This document shows, piece by piece, positions 29,029 through 40,605 of a stretch of DNA of 64,000 nt. This DNA is from a plasmid. The notes below the pieces were generated by a model. The model did no database searches and was not told the origin of the DNA. It saw nothing but the letters and a program-made list of their open reading frames with translations. Both the position numbers and the translations under genes were made by a program. Within the stretch, counting starts at the first letter, position 1. Every line of letters starts with the position of its first letter. The stretch lies in the sequence record NZ_LR134454.1; one strand, given 5' to 3'.

Positions 29029-30171
29029 GTGCGTGAAGTCCTCCTGCTGTGTTGGCGTGACACCCGCCACCCTCAGGGCGGCGGCAGCGAGCTGTACCTC
29101 GAGCGCGTCGGCGAGGAGCTGGCCGCCCGCGGGGTGCGCGTCACGCTGCGGACCGCGATGTACCCCGGCGCGGCCCGGTCCGAGACCGTGCGCGGCGTGC
29201 ACCTCTCCCGCGGTGGCGGCCGCTTCACCGTCTACCCCCTGGCGCTGATCGCCATCCTCCTCGCACGGTTCGGGCGCGGTCCGCTGCGCGGGATCCGCCC
29301 CGACGCGGTGATCGACACCCAGAACGGCATCCCGTTCTTCGCGCGGCTCGTCGCGGGCGTGCCCGTGACGGTGCTCGTGCACCACTGCCATCGCGAGCAG
29401 TGGCCCGTCGCGGGACGCCTCGTGGCGCGGATCGGCTGGTTCATCGAGTCGCGGCTCTCGCCGTGGCTGCACCGGCGCTCCCAGTACCTCACCGTCTCGC
29501 TGCCCTCGGCGGAGGAGCTGGCGCTGCTCGGCGTCGGCGCGGAGCGGGTGGCCGTGGTGCGCAACGGGATCGATGCGGTGGCCCCGGGCGTCGCGGACGT
29601 GCGGTCCGCGTCGCCGCGCATCGTCGTGCTCTCGCGGCTCGTGCCGCACAAGCAGATCGAGGACGCCCTCGACGTGCTCGCCCGCCTGGGCCGTCGCGTC
29701 CCCGACCTGCACCTCGACGTCATCGGCAGCGGCTGGTGGGACTCCGAGCTGTACGCGCACGCCGCGAAGCTCGGCGTCCTCGACCGCGTGACCTTCCACG
29801 GCCACGTCACCGAGCAGCGCAAGCACCGGCTGCTCTCCCGCGCGTGGGTGCACGTCATGCCGTCGCGCAAGGAGGGCTGGGGCATCACGGTGATCGAGGC
29901 GGCCCAGCACGCGGTGCCGACCGTCGGGTACGTCTCGTCGCGCGGGCTCACCGACTCCGTGGTCGACGGTGCCACCGGGCTGCTGGTCCGCGACCTCGCA
30001 GGCCTCACCGAATCGGTGTACACGCTGCTGAGTGACGCTCTGCTGCGGGAGGAGCTCGGCGCGAAGGCGCAGGAGCGGGCGGGGGAGTTCTCCTGGCCCG
30101 CCACCGCCGACGGCGTCTCCCGCGTCCTGGCCGCGTCCGTCGCCGGGGAGCGCGTCGGCGGGCTCGTCTGA
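29029..30171 (+). CDS. GT4-family glycosyltransferase (Rv0225-like)
   Basis: GT-B fold with the EGWGITVIEAAQHAVPTVGY (E-x7-E region) motif; 380 aa. Confidence 0.85.
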   Translation: MREVLLLCWRDTRHPQGGGSELYLERVGEELAARGVRVTLRTAMYPGAARSETVRGVHLSRGGGRFTVYPLALIAILLARFGRGPLRGIRPDAVIDTQNGIPFFARLVAGVPVTVLVHHCHREQWPVAGRLVARIGWFIESRLSPWLHRRSQYLTVSLPSAEELALLGVGAERVAVVRNGIDAVAPGVADVRSASPRIVVLSRLVPHKQIEDALDVLARLGRRVPDLHLDVIGSGWWDSELYAHAAKLGVLDRVTFHGHVTEQRKHRLLSRAWVHVMPSRKEGWGITVIEAAQHAVPTVGYVSSRGLTDSVVDGATGLLVRDLAGLTESVYTLLSDALLREELGAKAQERAGEFSWPATADGVSRVLAASVAGERVGGLV

Positions 30172-30230
30172 CCGCTGGGGCCGGCCGGGCTGCTCGGTCT
30201 TCGGCGACGCCGAGCCCGGCGGGACGGCGT

Positions 30231-30269
30231 GCGGTGGATTCTTGCCGCTGGGCGGGCACTATCCACCGC
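30231..30269. promoter_or_regulatory. Inverted repeat gcggtggat-N21-atccaccgc downstream of the GT gene and upstream of the signalling operon
   Basis: Read in the sequence. Followed by direct and inverted copies of gagcttcgg (30316, 30339, 30369). Confidence 0.25.
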
Positions 30270-30416
30270 ACGTCGTCGACCGCGGCGGGCGTGCCCCGGC
30301 ATCGAGCCTCGCCGCGAGCTTCGGTGGGAATCTGCGGCGGAGCTTCGGCGTGTCGTCGACGAATCGCACCGAAGCTCGACGGCGCCCCGACCGGTATCCG
30401 TTACCGTGAATACGTG

Positions 30417-30608
30417 ATGAGGCAACGTGAGGTGCCGCGGATAGCGTGGATGATGATGCTGTTCAGCGGACTGCTGGGGGCTGCGACGATGCTCCTCGTG
30501 GACTGGGCGCTGTGGCCGAGCTTTCGGACCGTCCTTGCCGTCTGCATGATCGCGGGCTACGTGATCGTCGCGGCGGTGGGTGCGGTGGGCCTCGTGAGGT
30601 CCCGGTGA
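30417..30608 (+). CDS. Small membrane protein (63 aa, 2 TM)
   Basis: MRQREVPRIAWMMMLFSGLLGAATMLLVDWALWPSFRTVLAVCMIAGYVIVAAVGAVGLVRSR. Stop overlaps the next start (ATGA). Confidence 0.4.
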   Translation: MRQREVPRIAWMMMLFSGLLGAATMLLVDWALWPSFRTVLAVCMIAGYVIVAAVGAVGLVRSR

Positions 30609-31243
30609 TGAGCCGCTCCCCTGTGGTGCGGACGGTGCCGGTCGCGGTGCTCAAGGCGTTCGCCGGGGTGCTGTTTCTGCTGTGGCTCGCGCTGTTCGCG
30701 GCGTTCGTTCTGCTCGATTGGCCGTTCGACGGCCCGCCGAGTCAGCGGATCGCGCACGGCTTGTTGCTCGCAATCGGCCTGACCCTGGCGACGGTGGCGG
30801 GCCAGCTGTGGCGGACCGCGATCGGGATGGAGCCCGTGACGAGTGTCGGCGACGCCCGCTACATGCTGGGCGGCATCGCGCTCCTCATCCCGGCGATGGC
30901 GCTTCTGTGGATGGACTACGGCGCGTGGGCGTCGTGGCGCATCGCAGCAGTCGTCGTGCTCTTTGCGGCGATGTTCGTGCTGGTCGTCCTCAACTTCCGC
31001 GACCGGCGGCGGCACAAGGGCGAGATCGCGGCGCCGGTCGCGGCGATGACGGTGCGAACCGCCCGCGGCGACCGGGAGGTGCGCATCGCGCAGCCGGAGG
31101 GCTTGCCCGACCGGTGGATCACGCACTGGTCGATCGACGGCGCCCCACAGGGCACGATCCACCGCGTCTCGTACGGACCCGACCCGATGCGTTCGCTCAC
31201 AGCTGCACTCGCCGACGCGGAGGCCGCGGTCGCCGTAATCTGA
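30608..31243 (+). CDS. Membrane protein (211 aa, about 4 TM plus a C-terminal soluble tail)
   Basis: Hydrophobic segments VAVLKAFAGVLFLLWLALFAAFVLL, LLLAIGLTLATVAG, MLGGIALLIPAMALLW and IAAVVVLFAAMFVLVVL. The next gene starts 5 nt later. Confidence 0.5.
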   Translation: MSRSPVVRTVPVAVLKAFAGVLFLLWLALFAAFVLLDWPFDGPPSQRIAHGLLLAIGLTLATVAGQLWRTAIGMEPVTSVGDARYMLGGIALLIPAMALLWMDYGAWASWRIAAVVVLFAAMFVLVVLNFRDRRRHKGEIAAPVAAMTVRTARGDREVRIAQPEGLPDRWITHWSIDGAPQGTIHRVSYGPDPMRSLTAALADAEAAVAVI

Positions 31244-31247
31244 AACG

Positions 31248-32923
31248 GTGGCTGAAACTTCAGGGCGGCGCCCTGCGATTCTGACCGTCGACGACGATCC
31301 GAGCGTGTCCCGCGCGGTGGCGCGGGATCTGCGGCGCAAGTACGGCGACGAGTACCGCATCGTCCGCGCGGAGAGCGGCGAACAGGCGCTGGAGGCGCTC
31401 AAGGAGCTCAAGCTCCGCGGCGACCTGGTGGCCGCGATCCTCGCCGATTACCGCATGCCGCAGATGACGGGCCTCGAATTCCTCGAGGCCGCGATGGACG
31501 TCTACCCGGGCGCCCGGCGGCTGCTGCTCACCGCGTACGCGGACACGGGCGCCGCGATCGAGGCGATCAACGTGGTCGACCTCGACCACTACCTCCTCAA
31601 GCCCTGGGACCCGCCGGAGGAGAAGCTCTACCCCGTCATCGACGCGCAGCTGGAGGCCTGGCTCTGCAGCGACCACCGGCCCGTGCCGGAGACGAAGGTC
31701 GTCGGGCACCGCTGGTCGGCCCGCTCGTCGGAGGTTCGGGAGTTCCTGGCCCGCAACCAGATCCCGTACCGCTGGTACACCGCCGAGTCGCCCGAGGGGC
31801 AGCGCCTCCTCGCCGCCGCGGGCAGCGACGGCCAGCAGCTCCCGCTCGTCGCCGCGGCCGACGGGACCGCGCTGTGCGCACCGTCGGACAGCGAACTGGC
31901 GGCCCACGTGGGCCTGAACACCACCCCGTCGGAGGAGTTCTACGACCTGGTCGTCGTCGGCGCGGGCCCGGCCGGGCTCGGCGCCGCCGTGTACGGCGCG
32001 TCCGAGGGGCTGCGGACGGTGCTCGTCGAGCGGTCCGCGACCGGCGGGCAGGCGGGGCAGAGCTCGCGCATCGAGAACTACCTGGGCTTCCCCGACGGGG
32101 TCTCGGGCACCCAGCTCACCGACCGGGCGCGGCGGCAGGCGACCAAGTTCGGCGCCGAGATGATCACCGCCGCCGACGTCGTCGAGCTCGAGGTGACGGG
32201 CTCCGGCCGGCGGGTGCGGTTCTCCGACGGCACCGTCGTGGGGGCGCACACCGTCATCCTCGCGACGGGCGTCGCGTACCGGCAGCTGGACGCGCCGGGC
32301 ATGGCGCGGCTCACGGGCGCCGGGATCTTCTACGGCTCGGCGATGACCGAGGCGCCGGCCTGCGCCGGCCAGGACGTCTACATCGTCGGCGGCGCCAACT
32401 CCGCGGGCCAGGCCGCGGCGTACCTGTCGAAGGGCGCGCGCTCGGTGACCCTGCTGGTGCGGGGGCCGTCGCTCGAGGCGTCGATGTCGTATTACCTCAT
32501 CCAGCAGCTGAACGCGATCGAGAACGTGCACGTGCGGCCGCACACCCAGGTGGTCGAGGCGCACGGCGACGACCACCTCACACAGCTCACCCTGCGGGAC
32601 ACCGAGTCGGGCGCGACGGAGCAGGTCCCGGCGGACTTCCTGTTCGTCTTCATCGGCGCCGAACCGCGCACGGACTGGCTCGACGGCGTCGTCGCGCGGG
32701 ACGGGCGGGGCTTCCTGCTGACGGGCCCGGATCTCGCGCTCGACGGTGCCGCGCCCCGGGGATGGGAATTGGACCGGCCGCCGTTCCACCTGGAGTCGAG
32801 CGTCCCCGGCATCTTCGTCGCCGGCGACGTCCGGTCCGAATCGGCGAAGCGCGTCGCCTCCGCGGTGGGCGAGGGCGCGATGGCCGTCATGTTCGTCCAC
32901 CGCTATCTGGAAGGAGTCGACTC

Positions 32924-32927
<4 letters not shown>
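31248..32927 (+). CDS. Fusion protein: N-terminal response-regulator receiver (REC) domain plus thioredoxin-reductase-like FAD/NAD(P) oxidoreductase domain
   Basis: REC: ILTVDDDPSVSRAV...ILADYRMPQMTGLEF...LLTAYAD, with phospho-acceptor Asp in ADYRMP. TrxR fold: DLVVVGAGPAGLGAAVYG, ATGGQAGQ, VYIVGGANSAGQAA and GIFVAGDV. The expected CxxC redox motif is absent (GSAMTEAPACAG in its place). GTG start. Confidence 0.8.
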
Positions 32928-34404
<1,477 letters not shown>

Positions 34405-34408
<4 letters not shown>

Positions 34409-34755
34409 GCGAACCGACCGACCCGATCGATCCGACGGTGCCGCCCAGCGGCGCCGGGTGCGTGGAGTGCGACGCCGCCGGCGGCTGGTGGGTGCACCTG
34501 CGCCGCTGCGCGAAGTGCGGCCACATCGGCTGCTGCGACTCCTCGCCGTCGCAGCACGCGAGCGCCCACGCCCGCGCGAGCGGCCATCCCATCGTGCAGA
34601 GCTTCGAGCCCGGCGAGGCCTGGTTCTGGGACTACGTCTCCGAGGACTACTACGACGGTCCGCTGCTCGCCGACCCGCAGAACCGGCCCGTCGACCAGGC
34701 CGTGCCCGGCCCCGCGGGACGCGTGCCCGCCGACTGGCGGAACCACGTGCACTGA
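34405..34755 (+). CDS. UBP-type zinc-finger (zf-UBP) domain protein, 116 aa
   Basis: [44 protein letters not shown] matches the zf-UBP Cys/His pattern. ATGA overlap with the kinase stop. Confidence 0.7.
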
Positions 34756-34823
34756 GCCCGAGTCCTCGTCGGCCCGATCAATGCGAGGATGGCAATAGTC
34801 GTATCCGGACCAGGAGGAGAACC

Positions 34824-35909
34824 GTGCCGCAGACCGTCAGAGGAATCGTCGCCCGCGCGAAGGGCGAGCCCGTCGAAGTGGTCCCGATCGTGATCCCCGA
34901 TCCCGGCCCCGGTGAGGTGGTGGTCGCGGTGCAGGCGTGCGGCGTCTGCCACACCGACCTGCACTACCGCGAGGGCGGCATCAACGACGAGTTCCCCTTC
35001 CTGCTCGGCCACGAGGCCGCCGGCGTGGTCGAAACCGTCGGTGAGGGAGTCGATCACGTCGTGCCCGGCGACTTCGTCGTGCTCAACTGGCGCGCCGTGT
35101 GCGGCCAGTGCCGCGCCTGCAAGCGCGGCAAGCCGCAGTACTGCTTCGACACCTTCAACGCCACGCAGAAGATGACCCTCGAGGACGGCACCGAGCTCTC
35201 GCCCGCTCTCGGCATCGGCGCCTTCGCGGAGAAGACCCTGGTCCACCAGGGGCAGTGCACCAAGGTCGATCCCGAGGCCGACCCCGCCGTCGTGGGCCTC
35301 CTCGGCTGCGGCGTCATGGCCGGCCTCGGCGCCGCCGTGAACACCGGCGGCGTCTCGCGCGGTGACACGGTGGCCGTGATCGGTTGCGGCGGTGTGGGAG
35401 ACGCGGCCATCGCGGGCGCCCGCCTCGTCGGCGCGCGCACCATCATCGCCGTCGACCGCGACCCGAAGAAGCTGGAGTGGGCGCGCGAGCTCGGCGCCAC
35501 GCACACCGTCAACGCGGCGGAAAGCGATGCGGTGGATGCGATCCAGGAGCTCACCGACGGTTTCGGCGCCGACGTCGTGATCGACGCCGTCGGCCGCCCC
35601 GAGACGTGGAAGCAGGCCTTCTACGCCCGCGACCTGGCAGGCACCGTCGTGCTGGTGGGCGTGCCGACCCCCGACCTGACCCTCGACATGCCGCTCATCG
35701 ACTTCTTCTCGCGCGGTGGGGCTCTCAAGTCGTCGTGGTACGGCGACTGCCTGCCCGAGCGGGACTTCCCGCAGCTCGTCGACCTGTACCGCCAGGGCCG
35801 CCTGCCGCTGGAGAAGTTCGTCACCGAGCGGATCGGCCTCGACGAGGTGGAGCAGGCCTTCGCGACCATGCACCGCGGCGAGGTGCTGCGCTCGGTGGTG
35901 GTCCTGTGA
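34824..35909 (+). CDS. mscR: Mycothiol-dependent formaldehyde dehydrogenase / S-nitrosomycothiol reductase (class III Zn-ADH)
   Basis: [23 protein letters not shown] (structural Zn) and [13 protein letters not shown] (NAD fold). Collinear with the M. tuberculosis Rv2259 product as I recall it. RBS aggagga. Confidence 0.85.
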   Translation: MPQTVRGIVARAKGEPVEVVPIVIPDPGPGEVVVAVQACGVCHTDLHYREGGINDEFPFLLGHEAAGVVETVGEGVDHVVPGDFVVLNWRAVCGQCRACKRGKPQYCFDTFNATQKMTLEDGTELSPALGIGAFAEKTLVHQGQCTKVDPEADPAVVGLLGCGVMAGLGAAVNTGGVSRGDTVAVIGCGGVGDAAIAGARLVGARTIIAVDRDPKKLEWARELGATHTVNAAESDAVDAIQELTDGFGADVVIDAVGRPETWKQAFYARDLAGTVVLVGVPTPDLTLDMPLIDFFSRGGALKSSWYGDCLPERDFPQLVDLYRQGRLPLEKFVTERIGLDEVEQAFATMHRGEVLRSVVVL

Positions 35910-36532
35910 CGCTGCGCGTCGAACGCGTCATCACGTCGGGCACCTTCAGCCTCGACGGCGGCACCTGGGACGTCGACAACAACGTCTGGCTGGTCGGCGA
36001 CGACAGCGAGGTGGTGGTGATCGACGCCGCCCACTCCGCCGACCCGATCGTCGACGCCGTCGGCGGGCGGACCGTGCGCGGAATCGTCTGCACCCATGGG
36101 CACAACGATCACGTGACCGTCGCGCCGGAGCTGTCCGAGCGGCTCGACGCGCCGATCCTGCTGCACCCCGGCGACGACGTCCTGTGGGACATGACCCATC
36201 CGGGCGTCGGGCACGAGGATCTCGCCGCCGACAGCCGGATCGCCGTCGGCGGCACCGAGATCCGCGTGATCCACGCGCCCGGCCACTCGCCGGGGTCGGT
36301 GTGCCTGTACCTGCCCGAGGCCGGGCAGCTGTTCAGCGGCGACACCCTGTTCGCCGGCGGGCCCGGTGCGACCGGCCGCTCGTACAGCGACTTCTCCGTG
36401 ATCATCGAGTCCATCCGGGACCGGCTGTTCGCGCTGCCGCCGGAGACGGTCGTGAACACCGGGCACGGCGACGGCACCACGCTGGGCGCGGAATCCCCGC
36501 ACCTGGAGGAATGGATCCGTCGGGGCCACTGA
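35906..36532 (+). CDS. MBL-fold metallo-hydrolase (Rv2260-like partner of mscR)
   Basis: THGHNDH metal-binding motif and [12 protein letters not shown] start overlaps the mscR stop. Confidence 0.8.
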   Translation: MTLRVERVITSGTFSLDGGTWDVDNNVWLVGDDSEVVVIDAAHSADPIVDAVGGRTVRGIVCTHGHNDHVTVAPELSERLDAPILLHPGDDVLWDMTHPGVGHEDLAADSRIAVGGTEIRVIHAPGHSPGSVCLYLPEAGQLFSGDTLFAGGPGATGRSYSDFSVIIESIRDRLFALPPETVVNTGHGDGTTLGAESPHLEEWIRRGH

Positions 36533-36556
36533 TCCCCGCCCGAATCGGAACCCGGG

Positions 36557-37261
36557 TTGTATCTTCTTTGCATGACCAGGGTGCAGATGGGGCCGCGGGC
36601 GAGCAGGTGGTGGATCGCCTACCTGCTCGTCTTCGGCGCCGCGCTCCTCGGGGCCGTGATGGACCGGCGCTGGGGCAGCGCCGCACTCGTCGCGGCGATC
36701 CTCGTGGCCGGCCTCGTCACGACGGCCGGGTCGTTGCTGCTCCAGCTCGCGGTGCACGTGGTGGCCTGCGCGTTCGCCGCGCTCTCCGCCGAGATCGCCT
36801 TCGCCGGCGGTGACCTGTTCTGGGGCGCCTTCGGCGTGCTGGCCGCCCTCGTGCTGGGCGCGCTCGTCCCGCTCGCGCTCCGCGAGGGCTCGGGTGGCCG
36901 GATCCGCACCGAGGAGCTCGTCGGCCGCACCGTGCCGGAGGCCGAGCGGCTGCTCGGCTACCCGCGCGACCGCCAGCCCGGCGGTCTCGGCGCCCCGGTC
37001 CTCGTCGCCGTCCCCTACGGTCCGCTGCCCGACGGTGCCGACCGTCGCGCCCGTCTCGTGGTGACCGCGGTGGCCGTCGACCCGGCCGGCCCGTGGATCG
37101 CCTTCGGGGTCACCCCCGCCGCCTATGCGCCCGCCTTCGACCGGCGCCGACGACGGGCGCTGCAGGCAGAGCTGCACGCCCGCGTCGGCGGCTTCCCCGC
37201 CGACCTCCGGCAGGACCGCACCGTCGCGCCGGTGCCGGCGGCGGCCGCTACGCCGAGATGA
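36557..37261 (+). CDS. Hypothetical membrane protein
   Basis: Several Ala/Leu-rich TM segments (WIAYLLVFGAALLGAV, LVAAILVAGLVTTAGSLLLQLAV). No conserved motif recognised. Confidence 0.35.
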   Translation: MYLLCMTRVQMGPRASRWWIAYLLVFGAALLGAVMDRRWGSAALVAAILVAGLVTTAGSLLLQLAVHVVACAFAALSAEIAFAGGDLFWGAFGVLAALVLGALVPLALREGSGGRIRTEELVGRTVPEAERLLGYPRDRQPGGLGAPVLVAVPYGPLPDGADRRARLVVTAVAVDPAGPWIAFGVTPAAYAPAFDRRRRRALQAELHARVGGFPADLRQDRTVAPVPAAAATPR

Positions 37262-38687
37262 GGGCGGGGGAGCGGTCGGCGACCTCGATGATGCGGTCGC
37301 GGAGCAGCCGGAAGACGGTGTCCACCGAGCGGGTCGCCTGCGTGGTGTCGGGGTGCATCGCGTTGAAGTCCAGGCCCGACTCGTCGCGGTTGATCCACGT
37401 GAACACCTCGCGCGAGGGCGTGGCGTTCGCGAACACCGAGAAGTCGTGCTGCCGAGCCAGTTCCGCGCCCGGCACCCGCGTCACGTCGATGTAGGAGAGC
37501 ATCGGCGCGGTGAAACCGTGCTCCACGGGGAACTCCGGATCGTCGGCCAGCAGGTCGATGACCGGGAACACCGGCGTGCGGTCGAGCTGCTTCGCCGTCG
37601 CGACCGCCTCGTGCGCGTTGCGGGCGACCTCGTCGAAGCTCCCGGAGGCCGAGAACTGGACGGGCACCAGCGTCACGTACCAACCGACCGCCATCGCGTC
37701 GCCGGTGGCGGACCGGTCGGCGCGGGGGATGAGCATGGTGAACAGCTCGTCGCCGGTGAGGTTGTGGTGGACCTGCCCGAGCACCGCGAGGAGCGCGCTG
37801 TTCATGTTCGCGCCGGCCCGCTTGGCCGCCGCGCCGAACCGGGCGGTGCGGTCGGCGTCGATGAACGAGGCGTGCACCGCGATGCGGCCCGGGGCGGCCT
37901 CGCCGTCGGCCAGGCCGAGGGGCAGGGGGTAGCGCGGCATGCCGCCCGACCGGCGCAGCGTCTCGCGCCACTGCACGACGTCCGGGTGGGTCGGCGTCAG
38001 CGTGGCGGCCAGCGTGCGCTGCTCCCGGGTGAACTCGCGGTGCGGGCGGACCGGCACCGGCGTGTACGGGGCGCCGCTGCGGGCCGCGGTGTACCGGGAC
38101 ACGAGCTCGAAGAAGCTCACGGCCTGAGACACGCCGTCGGTGTACAGGTGGTCCGAGCAGACCACCACCTGGAAGTGCGGCTCGACGGCCCCGGGGCGCG
38201 CGTTCTCGACGCCGGTCACGGCGAAGGCGAACGCCGCCCAGTCGTGCAGTTCCGGCACGTTCGCCATCAGGTAGCCCTTGACGGTGTCACCGGGGTGCGT
38301 TTCCGAGGTGGCCTCGACGGCGAGATCGATCTGTTCCGGAGAAAGGGTGCGGCCGCGCGGATCCGGGGCCGCCGATACCGGGAAAGCGGTATGGAAAACG
38401 CCGTGCGCGCGGACGAATTCGGTGAAGACCGATTCGACGATTGTTCGATCGAAAACATCGTGGATCGTGAATGTGGTGAAAACGAGCCGGCGGGTGCAGG
38501 CCTCGCCGTCGATGCCGCTGCGCAGGTGGTCGGCCTGCACGTAGGACGTGCAGACGTCCTGGTCAGGGGCGGTGCGCATCGCCTCCTTGGTGGTCGCGTC
38601 CGGAGCCCAGACGGCCCACTCTCCCGCCGGGCACTGCCACTGCTCTGAGAAACCCGAGATCATGTAGAACATGATGACGAACTCCAT
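37248..38687 (-). CDS. Stand-alone condensation-domain acyltransferase (PapA-like) with an atypical active-site motif
   Basis: About 480 aa, C-domain-like. The motif SDHLYTDG sits where HHxxxDG is expected (first His replaced by Asp). The start may be an internal Met. Confidence 0.45.
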   Translation of the reverse strand: MEFVIMFYMISGFSEQWQCPAGEWAVWAPDATTKEAMRTAPDQDVCTSYVQADHLRSGIDGEACTRRLVFTTFTIHDVFDRTIVESVFTEFVRAHGVFHTAFPVSAAPDPRGRTLSPEQIDLAVEATSETHPGDTVKGYLMANVPELHDWAAFAFAVTGVENARPGAVEPHFQVVVCSDHLYTDGVSQAVSFFELVSRYTAARSGAPYTPVPVRPHREFTREQRTLAATLTPTHPDVVQWRETLRRSGGMPRYPLPLGLADGEAAPGRIAVHASFIDADRTARFGAAAKRAGANMNSALLAVLGQVHHNLTGDELFTMLIPRADRSATGDAMAVGWYVTLVPVQFSASGSFDEVARNAHEAVATAKQLDRTPVFPVIDLLADDPEFPVEHGFTAPMLSYIDVTRVPGAELARQHDFSVFANATPSREVFTWINRDESGLDFNAMHPDTTQATRSVDTVFRLLRDRIIEVADRSPALISA

Positions 38688-38863
38688 AGCGCAGCAAAAG
38701 ACGCGCGAACAGTGAGAAACCCGACAATTCCCGGGGGTTCACATTTTGTCGTGCATGACGCATCATGCGCAGTGCTAATTACGGCATGAGGTAATACAGG
38801 TTGACGGGACGTTCGACCTGCAAAATGAACAGTGGGTTTCCCGCACGTCGTACGGGAACGGGA

Positions 38864-40576
38864 TCACGCCGACGGGGCCGGGGCGGCGGCACCGTCGGGC
38901 CTTGCGGACCCGCGCGCCCCGCCGGTCGCGGCCACGGCCCCGCCGCCCAGCAGCAGTGCCGCCCACAGCAGATGCGCGGCCCATGCGCCGCCCCGCTCCG
39001 CGGACGATGCCGAGTCGGTCGCGACCTCGCCCGGCACCCGGTAGAGCCGCAGTTCAGGAGTGTCGACGGCGAGCTCCAGGCCGGGGAGCGGCACCGTCGG
39101 GAAGACGGTCGCGCCGTCGACGGAGACGGCCTCCACGAGCACCCACCCGACGCCCAGCTCCGCCAGCCGACCGGCCAGGGCGTCGCCGCCGGCGGCCAGC
39201 GCGTCCTCCGCGTCGGACGCCGCGCCCGGCACGCGGTCGACGGAGCGCCCGCCGACGCGGAGTTCACCCGTCTGCAGGACGGGCGCCCGCAGCATCCGCG
39301 GCGCGGGGTCGAGGACCGGCGCGTCCGGGCCGTACGCGTACGTCCGGAACATGCCCGGCGGCAGCACCGCGACCGATCCGCGGTCCGCGGGCACGGCCTC
39401 GGCGACGGTGCGCCACGCCGCCGGGTAGGTCACCGGCGAGAGCGCGCCGCCCACGCCCCACGCGAGGCCCGGCAGCACCGCGATCGGCAGCGCCACCGCC
39501 ATCACGGAGCCCCCGGCCCGCGCGGCCGCTGGCAGCGCGGCCACCAGCGCCGCGGCGCACGCCGCGTACAGCGGCAAGGCCAGCGCCACCCACTTCTGCC
39601 CGTCGCGCAGCAGCCCGCTGCCCGGGATCGCCTGCACCACGGCCTCGAGCAGCGCCGTCCCGGGGCCCGTCGCCGCCACTGCGGGCAGCACCACGGCGCA
39701 CAGCGCCAGCAGCGCGAACCGGCCCAGCGGCGGGGCGAGCAGCCGCGCGCGGAGCACCAGCACCCCGCCCGCCAGCAGCGCGAGGGCGAGCGCGGTCCAG
39801 AGCCAGGGGGCACCGTCGGGCACGGCCTGCCGGTTCCAGATGCCCCCGAGCCCGAGGAGCGAGCCGAGCGTGCCGAGCCCCGGCTCGGCGCGGACCGCGA
39901 AGGCGGCGACGCTCGCCGGATCGGCGCGCACGCCGCTGCCCGAGACCAGCGACGGGTACAGCCACGGCGCGGCCGCGCACACGAACAGTCCGAGCAGCCA
40001 GGCCCACCGGCGGGGCGCCGCGACCAGGCCCGCGATCAGCGCGAAGACGGCGCCCGTCGGCGTCAGCCCGCCCGCGGCCAGGCACGCCGCGAAGCCGCCG
40101 AGCTGCCGCCGGCCCTCCGACCGCAGCCCGACGACGACGGCCCAGCCGATCGCGGCGTACCCGGCAAGCAGGCTCCAGTGCCCCTGCAGCAGCCGCTCGG
40201 CGACGAACGGGTTCCACAGGCCCACCGTCGCGGCGGCCAGGCCCGCGCCGAGGCCCGCGTCGCGGCCCACGGCGGCGAGGATCGCCAGCGCGCAGCGACC
40301 GAATCCCCACCCCGCCGCCACCAGCGCGACGAACAGCAGGGCCGTGACCAGGAGGCCACCGTCGACCACCTGCGAACCGACGGCCAGCAGCCAATCCTGC
40401 GGCGTGGCGCGGGCGGCGTTGTCGCCGAGGCCGAGCGCGGTGTCGGTGAGGTACGAGCGGGGCGTCGAGACGGCGTCGCGGAGCAACAGATAGCGGCCGC
40501 CGACGGCCAGCGGGCCCAGGATCACGGCGGCGAGCACGGCGGACCAGGCGGCGAGGGCCAGGTCGCGCGATCTCAT
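38864..40576 (-). CDS. Polytopic membrane protein (Rv0226c-like, 570 aa; possibly a cell-wall glycosyl/arabinosyl-processing protein)
   Basis: More than 10 Ala/Leu/Gly-rich TM helices. Position and size match the Rv0226c homologue that follows Rv0225 in mycobacteria. Confidence 0.55.
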   Translation of the reverse strand: MRSRDLALAAWSAVLAAVILGPLAVGGRYLLLRDAVSTPRSYLTDTALGLGDNAARATPQDWLLAVGSQVVDGGLLVTALLFVALVAAGWGFGRCALAILAAVGRDAGLGAGLAAATVGLWNPFVAERLLQGHWSLLAGYAAIGWAVVVGLRSEGRRQLGGFAACLAAGGLTPTGAVFALIAGLVAAPRRWAWLLGLFVCAAAPWLYPSLVSGSGVRADPASVAAFAVRAEPGLGTLGSLLGLGGIWNRQAVPDGAPWLWTALALALLAGGVLVLRARLLAPPLGRFALLALCAVVLPAVAATGPGTALLEAVVQAIPGSGLLRDGQKWVALALPLYAACAAALVAALPAAARAGGSVMAVALPIAVLPGLAWGVGGALSPVTYPAAWRTVAEAVPADRGSVAVLPPGMFRTYAYGPDAPVLDPAPRMLRAPVLQTGELRVGGRSVDRVPGAASDAEDALAAGGDALAGRLAELGVGWVLVEAVSVDGATVFPTVPLPGLELAVDTPELRLYRVPGEVATDSASSAERGGAWAAHLLWAALLLGGGAVAATGGARGSARPDGAAAPAPSA

Positions 40577-40605
40577 CGACCCGAGCCTACTGACACAATG
40601 GCCGG

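Noticed and set aside
31874-32923. Upstream extension of the histidine-kinase ORF (31874-34408) and of the permease ORF (20668-21042).
   Set aside because: Both extensions overlap the preceding gene in another frame and are low-complexity. Overlapping start/stop arrangements (GTGA, TGATG) give the biologically sensible starts.
38688-38863. AT-richer 176-bp gap between the Rv0226c-like and PapA-like genes considered as a possible small ORF or mobile-element remnant.
   Set aside because: No ORF with a start and RBS, and no terminal repeats. Most simply the promoter region of the PapA-like gene.
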